A stretch of DNA of 64,000 bases from the NCBI GenBank assembly GCA_040397175.1, contig JBBAWM010000002.1, positions 190,482-254,481 on the forward strand, written 5' to 3'. Source of the stretch: Candidatus Limnocylindrus sp. (lineage in GTDB: Bacteria; Chloroflexota; Limnocylindria; Limnocylindrales; Limnocylindraceae). The notes under the pieces were generated by a model, which saw only the letters and a list, made by a program, of their open reading frames with translations, was not told the origin of the DNA and did not search any database. Made by a program: the position numbers and the translations under genes. Below are positions 47,319-57,092 of this stretch, piece after piece (positions within the stretch are counted from its first letter, which is position 1; every line of letters begins with the position of its first letter).

Positions 47319-48832
47319 TCCTTCCAAACCTCGCGAAGGGCCGTGTCAGGGTCGAGCTCGCCGAACTGAATCACGATCTTGCGCCCATAGGCCTTGTCGG
47401 CGAGCGACTCAATGCGCTCACGCTTCGCCTCGGCGCGCTGGCGCAAGAAGCTCTTCGTGGGCGGATAGCTGAGCACGAGGGTGTCGCCGTTGAGCGTGGG
47501 TCGAGCATCGGCGAGGAGCGGCTTCGTGGCCGGATCGGCGCTGGCGAGCATGGCGCCCCACTCCCCCGTTGCCGGAGGGACGGGCGGAGTTGTCGGGGTA
47601 TGTGTTGGGGCTGGAGCCGCAGCGCGCGGTGCCGGCTGTGCTGGGTTGCTCGTGGCAGCGGGGGCGGAGGTGGGGGCGGTGGCGCGTGCGGGTGCTGGGG
47701 CAGGCGCGACGACGGGGGCTGCGAGTGCGGCGCCCCCACCAAGAAGGAGCAGCTCAAGGCCGAGACGCAGGTCGGCGTCACCGCGGCCGGTTTCGATGCG
47801 GCGCAGGGCGGTGGCGAGACCGAGGAGGGCTTCGCGCGTGCGGCCGGCGAGGCCGATGGTGGCGCCACCACCGTCGGAGAGGTCGAGGCCGGCGGGGAGC
47901 TTGGCGGCGTCGCCTGGCACAGTGCCACCTCCAGCGAGCGCGGCGTGTAGGCCTCGACGCACGAGGTCGGTGAGGCGGTCGGCAATGATGCGTGGATCGC
48001 GGCCGCGCGCCTCGAACTCGGCGAGGATCGCGAGGCCGGCTGGGGCGTCGGCGTCAAGGATGGCGCAGGCGAGACGCTCGATGCGATCGGCGCCTGGGAG
48101 TCCGAGGAGCTCTTCGACGTCGGCCGCCTTGAGCGGGTCGACCCCTGAGGAGAGAAGCTGGTCGAGCATTGACTCAGCGTCGCGCATGCCGCCGTCGGCG
48201 AGGCGGGCGAGGAGCTCAATGGCGGCGGGCTCGGCGACCCGCTTCTCGGTTGCCAGGATGGCTTCGAGCTTGGCGGCGATCTCAGTGCGGGCGATCGGAC
48301 GGAAGTCGAAGCGCTGCAGGCGCGAGAGCACCGCCGGGCGGATCTTCGATGGGTCGGTGGTACAGAAGATGAAGACGATCCCTGGCGGTGGCTCCTCGAG
48401 CCACTTGAGGAGGGCATCCCAGGCGTCATTGGTGAAGCGGTGCACCTCGTCGAGGATGAGGACCTTGCGCTTTAGGTCGGTTGGCGGGTTAGTAATGAGC
48501 GGGATCAGGTCTTCGCGCACGTCGTCGATGCGGTTCGAGGTGGCCGCGTTCGATTCGACCACGTCGAAGGTGGCCCCCTCGGTAATGGCAATGCAGGATC
48601 GACAGGTGCCGCATGGTTCGCCCTCGGCCGGGGCGAGGCAGTTGAGCGCCTTGGCGACGATGCGGGCGGTCGAGGTCTTACCGGTGCCGCGTGGTCCGAC
48701 GAAGAGGAGTCCGTGGCCAAGTCGCCCGTCGGCGACGGCACGACGGAGGGTCTTGGCGATCGGGTCTTGGCCGCGCAGCTCGCCGAAGGTGGTGGCGCGG
48801 TAGCGGCGGTAGATTGCCAGCTGCTCCGTCAT
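47315..48832 (-). CDS. dnaX: DNA polymerase III subunit gamma/tau
   Basis: YRRYR..F..L.GQ, GPRGTGKTS, LKWLEEPP, DGGMRDA. Confidence 0.96.
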   Translation of the reverse strand: MTEQLAIYRRYRATTFGELRGQDPIAKTLRRAVADGRLGHGLLFVGPRGTGKTSTARIVAKALNCLAPAEGEPCGTCRSCIAITEGATFDVVESNAATSNRIDDVREDLIPLITNPPTDLKRKVLILDEVHRFTNDAWDALLKWLEEPPPGIVFIFCTTDPSKIRPAVLSRLQRFDFRPIARTEIAAKLEAILATEKRVAEPAAIELLARLADGGMRDAESMLDQLLSSGVDPLKAADVEELLGLPGADRIERLACAILDADAPAGLAILAEFEARGRDPRIIADRLTDLVRRGLHAALAGGGTVPGDAAKLPAGLDLSDGGGATIGLAGRTREALLGLATALRRIETGRGDADLRLGLELLLLGGGAALAAPVVAPAPAPARATAPTSAPAATSNPAQPAPRAAAPAPTHTPTTPPVPPATGEWGAMLASADPATKPLLADARPTLNGDTLVLSYPPTKSFLRQRAEAKRERIESLADKAYGRKIVIQFGELDPDTALREVWKE

Positions 48833-48875
48833 GCTCCCCTCCCTTCACGTTCGCCCGCCTCGTCGCACGGCAAGT

Positions 48876-48983
48876 GCCGCCGGCCGAGCCATCCGCTGCG
48901 CCCGCCGCGATCCGCTTAGCGCTGCTTCCTTCCGGATCTGACGCGGTTCACAGAGCGTCGTCGCGCGGAGTCCGACCGACGGC
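48876..48983 (-). ncRNA. ffs: signal recognition particle RNA (small type)
   Basis: Helix 8 GUCAGAUCCGGAAGGAAGCAGC; paired termini GCCGUCGGUCGG/UCGGCCGGCGGC; TATGAT at 48990-48995; upstream of dnaX. Confidence 0.92.
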
Positions 48984-49105
48984 AGAGGGATCATAGACGA
49001 ACCGACCTCCACAGATCGCGCAACGGCCACCCGCACTTCGGACCGCGCGAGGCACTCTACGGAGAGCGCCTGCTTGGGCGAGAGAGAGCGGATTGGAGCG
49101 GGATC

Positions 49106-50281
49106 ATGGGCCACAGCGTCGACCTTCACGCCTACGGTGTTACAGCGGAGCGTGGATTCCTCCCCATCGCCGACCCGAGTGCCGCCATCCCCCTCGCCAA
49201 TGCGGAGTGGCACGAGACCGCGCGCAATCTGCCGAGCCTCATTCCAACTGGCTGCATTCGCGAGATCATCGAGGCGCTTCCGCCCTTCCGTGCCGATCTC
49301 CTGACGAGCGAGGAGGATCTTGAAGCGGCGATGCGCACCCTCAGCTACCTCGGCCAAGCCTATGTGTGGGGTCAGCCAGAGGCGCCGACCTCCCTCCCGG
49401 CCGTTCTCGCCGTGCCGTGGCATGAGGTCGCTGCGGCGATCGGTCGCGAACCGATCCTCTCCTACGCCAGCTATGCGTTGTGGAACTGGCGTCGCATTGA
49501 TGAAGATGGCCCGATCGCCCTCGGCAACATCGCCCTACTTCAACACTTCTTGGGCGGCCTCGATGAGGCCTGGTTCATCCTGGTTCATGTCGACATCGAA
49601 CGACGTGCGGGCGCGGCACTCGCCGCCGGCGCACGCGCCCAAACAGCAATCTCAGCGGGCGATGACGCGAGCGCCACCGTTGCGCTGAGCGAGCTGGGTG
49701 ATGCGCTCGACGGCATTCTCGCCACGATGCAGCGCATGCCAGAGTCGTGTGATCCGTATGTGTACTACCACCGCGTGCGCCCGTACATCTTCGGCTGGCA
49801 CAACAACCCTGCCCTGCCAGGTGGCCTGGTGTACGAAGGGGTCACCGCCTATGCCGGAAAGCCGCAGTCGTTCCGTGGCGAGACTGGTGCACAGAGCACC
49901 ATCGTGCCCTGTCTCGACGCCGTGCTCGGCGTTGAGCACGCACCCGACGAGTTGCGCACCTATCTCATGCAGATGCGTCGCTATATGCCCACCAAGCATG
50001 TCGGACTTCTTGAAGCGTTTGAAGCGGGCCCAACCGCACTCAGCCGCGTCGTTGCACTCGGCAAGAGCGCGCCGGCGGGACTCGTTGCGGCGCGCAATCG
50101 CGCAGTCGAAGTGCTGCGCGCCTTTCGCGCGCTCCACCTCGAGTACGCCGCGACCTACATCAATAGACAGGCGGCGGCGGCAACGGGGAACCCAACGGAT
50201 GTGGGAACAGGCGGCACGCCATTCATGAAGTACCTGAAGAAGCATCGCGACGAGACGGAGTCGTCGATCACCAAGGCCTAG
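49106..50281 (+). CDS. indoleamine 2,3-dioxygenase family heme protein
   Basis: LSYASYALWNW, EAWFILVH, YYHRVRPYI, RGETGAQS, YMP..H, GTGGT motifs. Confidence 0.88.
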   Translation: MGHSVDLHAYGVTAERGFLPIADPSAAIPLANAEWHETARNLPSLIPTGCIREIIEALPPFRADLLTSEEDLEAAMRTLSYLGQAYVWGQPEAPTSLPAVLAVPWHEVAAAIGREPILSYASYALWNWRRIDEDGPIALGNIALLQHFLGGLDEAWFILVHVDIERRAGAALAAGARAQTAISAGDDASATVALSELGDALDGILATMQRMPESCDPYVYYHRVRPYIFGWHNNPALPGGLVYEGVTAYAGKPQSFRGETGAQSTIVPCLDAVLGVEHAPDELRTYLMQMRRYMPTKHVGLLEAFEAGPTALSRVVALGKSAPAGLVAARNRAVEVLRAFRALHLEYAATYINRQAAAATGNPTDVGTGGTPFMKYLKKHRDETESSITKA

Positions 50282-50284
50282 GGC

Positions 50285-51190
50285 TTAGCGGCCCACGAGG
50301 CTCCGCAGCACGAAGCGCAGGTTCGCTGGTCGCTCAGCCATACGCCGCAGCGAGTACGGCCACCAGTCGGGGCCGTACGGCGTGTAGATGCGCACGCGCC
50401 ACCCGCTCGCAACAAGCCGCTCAGCGAGTTCAGACCGGACGCCGTAGAGCAGTTGAATCTCGCCGCGCTCCTGCGCAGCTGCGCCGAGCTTGGAGATGAT
50501 GCGGTCGTCATGGGTGCCGAAGGCAATTGGCAGGCGTGTTGCGATCAGCCGTTCGGCCAGCGCAAGGTAGGCGGCATTCACCGCCTCGATGTCACCAACC
50601 CCTTCCGCACCCGGATCGTACGCACCTTTCACAAGGCGTACGGGAATCCCGGCGGCGATGAGGCGACCAAGGTCTGTTCCCGAACGCTGCATGTTGGCCT
50701 GTACCACGGCGCCAACTGGCCGACCGACTGCGCGCGCCGCACAGACAATCTCGTGCATCTGATCCAGGCTATTCGGGTACTCCGCATCGACGCGCACAAA
50801 GCCGTTCACCGATTGCGCCGTTGCCAAAATGCGGTCGAGCCGTGTCGCGGCGACGTCGCTCCCCTCCGCGAGGCCGATGGCGGTGAGCTTCACACTGACG
50901 TTTGGCTCAAGGCCGGCCGCCGCCTGTGCGGTTAGGAGGGCGCTCGCATCGGCGGCATACCTGTCGGCGCTCGCGCCAGTGGAGGCCTCGCCCAGTCGAT
51001 CGAGGGTGACGGTAAAACCGCGTCGCTTCAGGTCGAGCGCCACCTCAACGGCGACGGGGATCGTATCTCCAGCAACGAAGCGTCGAACCGATCGCCGGCC
51101 CCAGGCGGTGCGCTGCACCAGTCGACCCAACGCGGCGGCGCGACTCATGCGCAAGAGCACGGTGCGGCTGAGGGCGAAGAACGGATTCAC
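50285..51190 (-). CDS. monofunctional proline dehydrogenase
   Basis: RFVAG, SVKLT, RLVKGAY, FGTHD, YTPYG..W..Y..RRMAERP. Confidence 0.9.
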   Translation of the reverse strand: MNPFFALSRTVLLRMSRAAALGRLVQRTAWGRRSVRRFVAGDTIPVAVEVALDLKRRGFTVTLDRLGEASTGASADRYAADASALLTAQAAAGLEPNVSVKLTAIGLAEGSDVAATRLDRILATAQSVNGFVRVDAEYPNSLDQMHEIVCAARAVGRPVGAVVQANMQRSGTDLGRLIAAGIPVRLVKGAYDPGAEGVGDIEAVNAAYLALAERLIATRLPIAFGTHDDRIISKLGAAAQERGEIQLLYGVRSELAERLVASGWRVRIYTPYGPDWWPYSLRRMAERPANLRFVLRSLVGR

Positions 51191-51218
51191 GCCTGAATCC
51201 TAGCGCGGCTGTCGCGAC

Positions 51219-51692
51219 TTAGGGGCGGTCACGCAGGCGAGCGAGGGCGGCGACCGCCTGGTCGATCGACCAGACCACTTCGCCCGAAGCGCGGATCGCA
51301 CCCACGACGAAGAGGTTGATGCCGTCGGCGGGGACGAGCCCCTTGCGACGCGCAACGCGCATGTCAGTGCTCAGACCAATGATCCCCTTGTAGCGCGCAG
51401 GATCCTGCGCGGCAAGGCGACTGAAGATGCCGATCTCCACCGCGGTACCGTCGTCAACCTGGGTGCCGTCAAGCCAGGCGAGCACGGCGTTGGCCCCCAT
51501 CACGCCGGCCAGATCTACGGCGTAGACCTCGTCTGCGGTGGAGTCGCCATCGGAGCGCTGGAATTTCTGCTCGGCGAACTGCTCGTGCGGCACAAAGACC
51601 TCGAAGCCCTCTGCGCGCAGCCGGGCGGCAACGATGTCGAGGAAGTTCCGCTCTGCATCGCTAAAGAGTGGTCCAGCGAGATAGATCTTCAT
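51219..51692 (-). CDS. nucleoside 2-deoxyribosyltransferase / nucleotide N-glycosidase family protein
   Basis: MKIYLAGPLFS, DDGTAVEIG, INL. Confidence 0.85.
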   Translation of the reverse strand: MKIYLAGPLFSDAERNFLDIVAARLRAEGFEVFVPHEQFAEQKFQRSDGDSTADEVYAVDLAGVMGANAVLAWLDGTQVDDGTAVEIGIFSRLAAQDPARYKGIIGLSTDMRVARRKGLVPADGINLFVVGAIRASGEVVWSIDQAVAALARLRDRP

Positions 51693-51796
51693 GGCGGCAG
51701 TATCGCGCACGCACTGCCTGCGCTGGAGGAGCGTTGCGGCGGCGGGGTAGACTCAGACGACTGGCAGCACTGCCAGGGAGGCGCAGAGGAGGTCCC

Positions 51797-52012
51797 ATGA
51801 GCGACGAGCAGAAGGTCAAGATCACCGTCAAGGACAACGGTTCACTCCGAGTCGAGGGCGATTTCACCATCCTTGATGTGGAAGGGAACGAGGTTCCACA
51901 TGAGGGGGTTGCTGCCGGCCTCTGCCGCTGCGGTCACTCTGCCAACAAGCCCTTCTGTGACGGCTCCCATAAGGAGCGCTTCGAGAGCGTTGTCCGCGCC
52001 CCGAAGGCGTAG
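51797..52012 (+). CDS. CDGSH iron-sulfur domain protein
   Basis: LCRCGHSANKPFCDGSH; GAGGAGG RBS. Confidence 0.93.
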   Translation: MSDEQKVKITVKDNGSLRVEGDFTILDVEGNEVPHEGVAAGLCRCGHSANKPFCDGSHKERFESVVRAPKA

Positions 52013-52021
52013 CGCTCGCCG

Positions 52022-53236
52022 CTAGAAGCGGCGAAGTGCGGCACGGCCGCGCACCATGGCCACCACCGGGAGCACGATGAGTGCGGCACCGAGGAGTCCC
52101 AGCGCGGTATAGCTTGCCGCGGCGACGACGATTCCCGAACCGAGCGCCGCAGCTGCTGCCGAACTCCAGATCATGGCGTCGGTCGCCCCCTGCAGGGTGG
52201 TGCGCTCCGCTCCGTCGAGCCCCTCCGTGAGCAGTGCAGAGCCTGCAACGAACCCAAAGTTCCAGCCGACACCGAGCAGGAAGAGTGCGATGAAGAGGAG
52301 CGTTCCGCCATCCGGCGGCGCGACCGCGGCAAGCACCGAGGCGAAGGCGCTCAACGCCAAGCCTGCGGCAATGATTGCTGGCGTTCCGAAGCGACCGGCG
52401 AGGCGACCGGAGATGGGCGAGAAGGCGAACATGCCGAAGGTGTGCCCGCTAATGACAAGGCCGACGGCATCGAGTCCGTGGCCATGTTCGGTCATGTGCA
52501 GCGGCGTCATCGTCATGACAAGCACCATCACCACCTGCCCAATGATGAGCGCCACGACAGCGGCAAGGATGCGGGGGCGCGCGAGCATCTCCCCGAGCGA
52601 TGCGCTCGCACGGCCGAGGGTGCCTGCGCGCACGGGAGCGAGGGTGGCTGGGTCGGGGCGAAGCGTGAAGAGGGTCAGCAGCGCCGCAGCTGTGACGAAG
52701 AGGATCGGCACGCCGTAGACGCCGGCGAGTCGTGGCAGGTTCAGCCCTTCAGCCACATTCCCCGAGAGGGTCACGAGATTCGGCCCGACAATTGAACCGA
52801 GCGTGGAGCCCCACACCACGAGACCAATCGCCGAGGCGCGGCCCGATTCGGGATACATGTCGGCGGCGGTGTAGCGCGAGAGCTGATTCGCCGCGTTGGC
52901 ACAGCCCATCGCCGCGGTGGCCACGATAAAGAGTGGAAACGAGGAGAGCACCACCGCAATGCCGGCGGCGAGTGCCCCCACTGCGCCAATGCTGTAGCCA
53001 AGCACAAGCCCCGCGCGACGGCCGTAGTGCACCATGAATCGCGAGAGGAGCTGTGATGCGGCGGCGGAGCCGAGCACGATCGTTGCGCCAGGAAGTCCGG
53101 CAAAGCTGGAACCGCCCGAGAGTTGTTTCGCCACGATCGTGGCAATGGTGATGGCGGCGATGTAACCCGTGCTGCCAAGGCCGACGCCAAGGACGAGCGA
53201 CGTTTGCAGGCGGCGCCGCGTGACCGCGGCGGTCAT
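52022..53236 (-). CDS. MFS transporter
   Basis: About 12 hydrophobic segments, GRRAG motif-A-like loop; ATGA-coupled to nucleoside hydrolase. Confidence 0.88.
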   Translation of the reverse strand: MTAAVTRRRLQTSLVLGVGLGSTGYIAAITIATIVAKQLSGGSSFAGLPGATIVLGSAAASQLLSRFMVHYGRRAGLVLGYSIGAVGALAAGIAVVLSSFPLFIVATAAMGCANAANQLSRYTAADMYPESGRASAIGLVVWGSTLGSIVGPNLVTLSGNVAEGLNLPRLAGVYGVPILFVTAAALLTLFTLRPDPATLAPVRAGTLGRASASLGEMLARPRILAAVVALIIGQVVMVLVMTMTPLHMTEHGHGLDAVGLVISGHTFGMFAFSPISGRLAGRFGTPAIIAAGLALSAFASVLAAVAPPDGGTLLFIALFLLGVGWNFGFVAGSALLTEGLDGAERTTLQGATDAMIWSSAAAAALGSGIVVAAASYTALGLLGAALIVLPVVAMVRGRAALRRF

Positions 53237-54189
53237 GCCGACGGTGCGGTGGCGAGCGCCTCGTAGATCAACTGGAAGATCTCGGCGGACTTCGGCTCGT
53301 ACGCCACGAGTGCGTTCGGCTTCTCCTTCTTGGACTGCACGATCGGGCGCTCGTCGACGGCGGTCATGCCGCGGGTGAACTCTCCGTGCAGCTCAATGTC
53401 AACGCGCTTCTCGCGCAAGTCGAACAGGTGGGGATGGGTGACGGCGAAGATCGCGCACGGGTCGTGCAGCGGTCCGCCATAGACGCCGAGCTGCTCCCCG
53501 TAGGTCGTCGAGAAGAAGTCGAGCAGCTCTGCGGCAAACTTTGCGCTCGGTGTGCCAAACGCCAAGACGCGCTGCACGAACTCCTTGGTGATGACGACCT
53601 GATGCGTGGTGTTCAGCCCGACCATCTTGAGCGGGCCGCCGTAGTTGAAGACGGTCGAGGCGGCCTCGGGGTCGGCCCAGATGTTGAATTCGGCGTGTGG
53701 CGCACGGTTGCCGTGCAACGTTCCCCCACCCATCAACGAGATGCCGGCAATGCGGCGGCCCAAGTCGGGCGCTACGCGCAGGGCCAGGGCGATATTGGTG
53801 AGCGGCCCCAATGGCGCAAGCCAGACTCCTTCACCCTCGTGCTTTCGGACAAGTTCAATGATGGCTTCGACTGCGCCCATCTTCTCGGGAGTTCGGCGCA
53901 CTGGTGGCAGCTCTGGGCCGCCAAGGCCCGACTCCCCGTGGATGTGTGGCGCATTGCGCGGCGGGGCGACGAGTGGTCGGTCGGCCCCGGCGAAGACTGG
54001 GGCGGCGATATTGAACACGTCGCAGGCGATGAGGGTGTTCGGCAGGGTTCGGGAGAGTGGCGCGTTGCCGTGCACGGCGGTGATGCCAATCAAGTTGGCG
54101 TAGTGGTTCGCCACCACGAGCGCGAAGACATCGTCGTGCCCAGGGTCGCAGTCGACGATCATCGTGGGGCGCTTGGCGGCGGTACTCAT
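53233..54189 (-). CDS. nucleoside hydrolase (IU-NH/Rih family)
   Basis: DCDPGHDD, HGESGL, GPLTN, AEFNIWADPEAA, LHDP. Confidence 0.94.
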   Translation of the reverse strand: MSTAAKRPTMIVDCDPGHDDVFALVVANHYANLIGITAVHGNAPLSRTLPNTLIACDVFNIAAPVFAGADRPLVAPPRNAPHIHGESGLGGPELPPVRRTPEKMGAVEAIIELVRKHEGEGVWLAPLGPLTNIALALRVAPDLGRRIAGISLMGGGTLHGNRAPHAEFNIWADPEAASTVFNYGGPLKMVGLNTTHQVVITKEFVQRVLAFGTPSAKFAAELLDFFSTTYGEQLGVYGGPLHDPCAIFAVTHPHLFDLREKRVDIELHGEFTRGMTAVDERPIVQSKKEKPNALVAYEPKSAEIFQLIYEALATAPSA

Positions 54190-54239
54190 GGGCGAACCTT
54201 AGCGCACCGAGCCCACCCCCCGTGCGCCATACTGCACGC

Positions 54240-56354
54240 ATGCAACGCGCCACCCGACCCTCGAGTGAAAGCCCCTTCCGACCCGAGATCGAGGGGCTGC
54301 GCGGGCTCGCCGTGGGGTTGGTGGTGGCGGCGCACGCTGGCCTCCAGATCCCCGGCGCGGCACTCGGACCAGATATCTTCTTCGCCCTTTCGGGCTACCT
54401 CATCGTGGGCATCCTGCTCCGCCGCCTCGAGGCGGGAAGCGGGGTCGGCTACCGCGACTTCTACGCGCGCCGAATTCGCCGAATCGCCCCCGCCCTGGCG
54501 GCAACAATCTTGCTGACCGTTGGGGCTGTGGCCCTGCTCAACGACTCGACGACCCTCGCGCGCACCGCGAAGGATGGGGCTGCCGCGCTTGCTGGTACGG
54601 CAAACATCTCCTTTGGGCTGCAGGCGGTCGACTATTTCGGCAGCACCGAACCGTCGCCGCTCCTGCCGCTCTGGTCCATTGGTGTCGAAGAGCAGTTCTA
54701 CCTGGTGGTCCCGCTCCTACTCGGCATTGCCTGGACGCTCGGCCGTCGCCGCGGAATCCTCATAACCCTCGGCGTGATTGCCGTCGGCTCCACGATCGCC
54801 GCCGCACTGCTGACACCCGCCGAACCGATCTGGGCCTACTACCTGCTGCCAACTCGCGCGTACGGCCTCGCCGCGGGAGGACTGCTCGCGCTTCTCGAAA
54901 CACGCCTGCTCGCGATCAACGCCATCCGTCGCATTCCGCTGGCGCCGATTGGCCTCGCGCTGATCGTGGGGCTCACGCTGCTCCTCCCCGGCGAGGAGGG
55001 ATACCCGGGCCTCGCGGGGCCGCTCTCGGGACTCGCCTCCGCGGCCCTCGTCGGCGGTATGGCGACCATCGGGCTCCGCGGCACCGTTGGCGCCGCTGGG
55101 GGGAGGGCGCTCCGCGCACTCTTCTCACTCGCACCCCTTCGTGCCGTTGGGCGGATTAGCTATAGCCTCTACCTTGTGCACTGGCCGTTCTTGATCCTGC
55201 CCACCTACTTTGGCATTGCGATGACGACGCGAAAAACACTGATCGCCGTCGTCGCTGGCGTGGTTGTTGCAACCCTGATGTATCGCTTCATTGAGCAACC
55301 GTTCCGCAAGGGGTTTGCGCTGAGCCTCGTGCCGGGTACGGTGCTACGCCGCGGCGGAGCGGTGCTCATCAGCCTGGTGATTGCGCTCGCGGCCATCGGC
55401 ATTGCGCCAGACATTGCCTCGGCCGACCCTGGAGCGAGCAGCGACCCGAGCATCAGCGTCGTGAGCCCATTGCCAAGCGCGTCGGGGGCAGGCGCAAGCT
55501 CCTCACCGACGCCGTGGGCCCCGATCTCGATTGGTGGCACTAGCGTTTACCAGCTCACTGGCGCCGTTCCGGCCAACGTAAAGCCGGCACTTGGTCGGGC
55601 GGCTGGCGATGCCGACACGGTGCTCAATAAGGGCTGTAGTCGTGACCATTACGGTGAGACCATTCCCATCTGCTACTACGGCAAGAAGGGCGGCCTGCGC
55701 ATCGTGATCTTGGGTGATAGCCATGCCATGCACTGGATGCCAGCCCTCGACCTGATCGGCAAGGCGTACAACTACGAGATCATTCCAGTCGCCAAGGTGA
55801 ATTGCGTCTTCATGGACGTCAAGCTGTACGCCTATCGCTTAGGGCACTCGTACACCTCATGCACAAAGTGGCGACTGAATGCGATCAAGAAGATCATCGA
55901 GCTGAACCCCGCGCTCGTGATCCTCTCGCAAACAGAAACGCGTGAAGAGGGGAAGCCAAATGAGAAGCGGCCCCAGTACTACGCTGATGCCGTTGGGCGA
56001 CTGCTAGATAAGCTCCCGTTCCCCGTGCTGATCTTTGCGGAGACACCAAATGGTGAGATCAACATTCCCACCTGCCTCGCGCGCAACAAGAGCAACGTAG
56101 CCAAGTGCGTCACCACGAAGCCCGACGTCTATCCTGCGTGGGGATATGGCCGCGACCTGCTCGTTGCGGAACAGCGAAACCTCCCACTCTTCGATTTTAC
56201 TGCCGCCCTCTGCCCGGGGGATCGATGCGCCCCCATCATCGACGGTCGCATCGTGTTCCACGACAACCATCACCTCACCACCACGATGTCGAAATACCTT
56301 GCCGGACCAATCGGCGTGGCGCTGGCACAGGTGATTGCAAACCTGCCGCGCTAA
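54240..56354 (+). CDS. acyltransferase-3 (OafA/OatA-like) with C-terminal SGNH domain
   Basis: EGLRGLAV, FFALSGYLI, FYARRIRRI, WSIGVEEQFY; GDSHA and DNHH. Confidence 0.92.
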   Translation: MQRATRPSSESPFRPEIEGLRGLAVGLVVAAHAGLQIPGAALGPDIFFALSGYLIVGILLRRLEAGSGVGYRDFYARRIRRIAPALAATILLTVGAVALLNDSTTLARTAKDGAAALAGTANISFGLQAVDYFGSTEPSPLLPLWSIGVEEQFYLVVPLLLGIAWTLGRRRGILITLGVIAVGSTIAAALLTPAEPIWAYYLLPTRAYGLAAGGLLALLETRLLAINAIRRIPLAPIGLALIVGLTLLLPGEEGYPGLAGPLSGLASAALVGGMATIGLRGTVGAAGGRALRALFSLAPLRAVGRISYSLYLVHWPFLILPTYFGIAMTTRKTLIAVVAGVVVATLMYRFIEQPFRKGFALSLVPGTVLRRGGAVLISLVIALAAIGIAPDIASADPGASSDPSISVVSPLPSASGAGASSSPTPWAPISIGGTSVYQLTGAVPANVKPALGRAAGDADTVLNKGCSRDHYGETIPICYYGKKGGLRIVILGDSHAMHWMPALDLIGKAYNYEIIPVAKVNCVFMDVKLYAYRLGHSYTSCTKWRLNAIKKIIELNPALVILSQTETREEGKPNEKRPQYYADAVGRLLDKLPFPVLIFAETPNGEINIPTCLARNKSNVAKCVTTKPDVYPAWGYGRDLLVAEQRNLPLFDFTAALCPGDRCAPIIDGRIVFHDNHHLTTTMSKYLAGPIGVALAQVIANLPR

Positions 56355-57082
56355 AGGGCGAGCGACTCCCCCGCCACGAGCTTTCGCCGCGGGCCACCAC
56401 GAAGCACATGCACAGCGCCATCACCCACGACCTGCCACTCCCCTGCCGAGCTCCATCGCACCAGTGCGGTGAGGTTCTCGATACCGAGCAGATGCCTCGT
56501 TGAATCTGGGGCACCCCTCACCGCCAACTCGAAGAGTCGGTTGAAGTGCGGAATGATCTGGATGCCCGGGAGCAGGTCAAATCCGGCAACCGGCGCACGG
56601 GCGCCGAAGCGGAAGGTGGGGACGATTGTGCCGAGCACCATCGCGCCCGCACTGCACCCGGCGAGCGCCCCACCGCTGCGCACGTGCGCCATGATCGCGT
56701 CACCAACCAGCGAGCCCACGAGGGTCGCCGCGAGATATCCAGGGTTTCCACCCGACAAATAGATCAGGCCGGCCTCGGCTACGCGAGCTGCGAGGGCTGC
56801 GTCGTTGGCATGCTCTCGCGTGAACACGGGCAAGAAACTTGTAGGGACTCCTATCCGTTCGCCCTGCGCCGCGCCTAACTCGCGCCAAAAGGTGAGGCTC
56901 TTCTCCCCCTCCTGCCCAGCCGCTGTTGCGAGCTGCAGGTAGTGCTGTGGCCTCCCCCGACGCACGGCATCATCAAGGAGCCGCCCTTCGAAGGCGGACA
57001 TCGCAGGCAAATACTCACCGGAACCAACGAGGGCGATCGCGCCAAGGTCACCTTTCACCGCAGGAGTCTCACGTTCGGCCAT
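56351..57082 (-). CDS. peptidase S51 / cyanophycinase-like (class I glutamine amidotransferase-like fold)
   Basis: LVGSGE, YLSGGNP, GCSAGAM, IPHF. Confidence 0.8.
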   Translation of the reverse strand: MAERETPAVKGDLGAIALVGSGEYLPAMSAFEGRLLDDAVRRGRPQHYLQLATAAGQEGEKSLTFWRELGAAQGERIGVPTSFLPVFTREHANDAALAARVAEAGLIYLSGGNPGYLAATLVGSLVGDAIMAHVRSGGALAGCSAGAMVLGTIVPTFRFGARAPVAGFDLLPGIQIIPHFNRLFELAVRGAPDSTRHLLGIENLTALVRWSSAGEWQVVGDGAVHVLRGGPRRKLVAGESLAL

Positions 57083-57092
57083 GGGAGTAAGC

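Noticed and set aside
47315-48832. dnaX programmed frameshift
   Set aside because: No AAAAAAG or poly-A/T slippery site seen
48996-49100. Alu domain of a large SRP RNA
   Set aside because: A -10 box sits just upstream of the ~108-nt hairpin and no Alu consensus is visible
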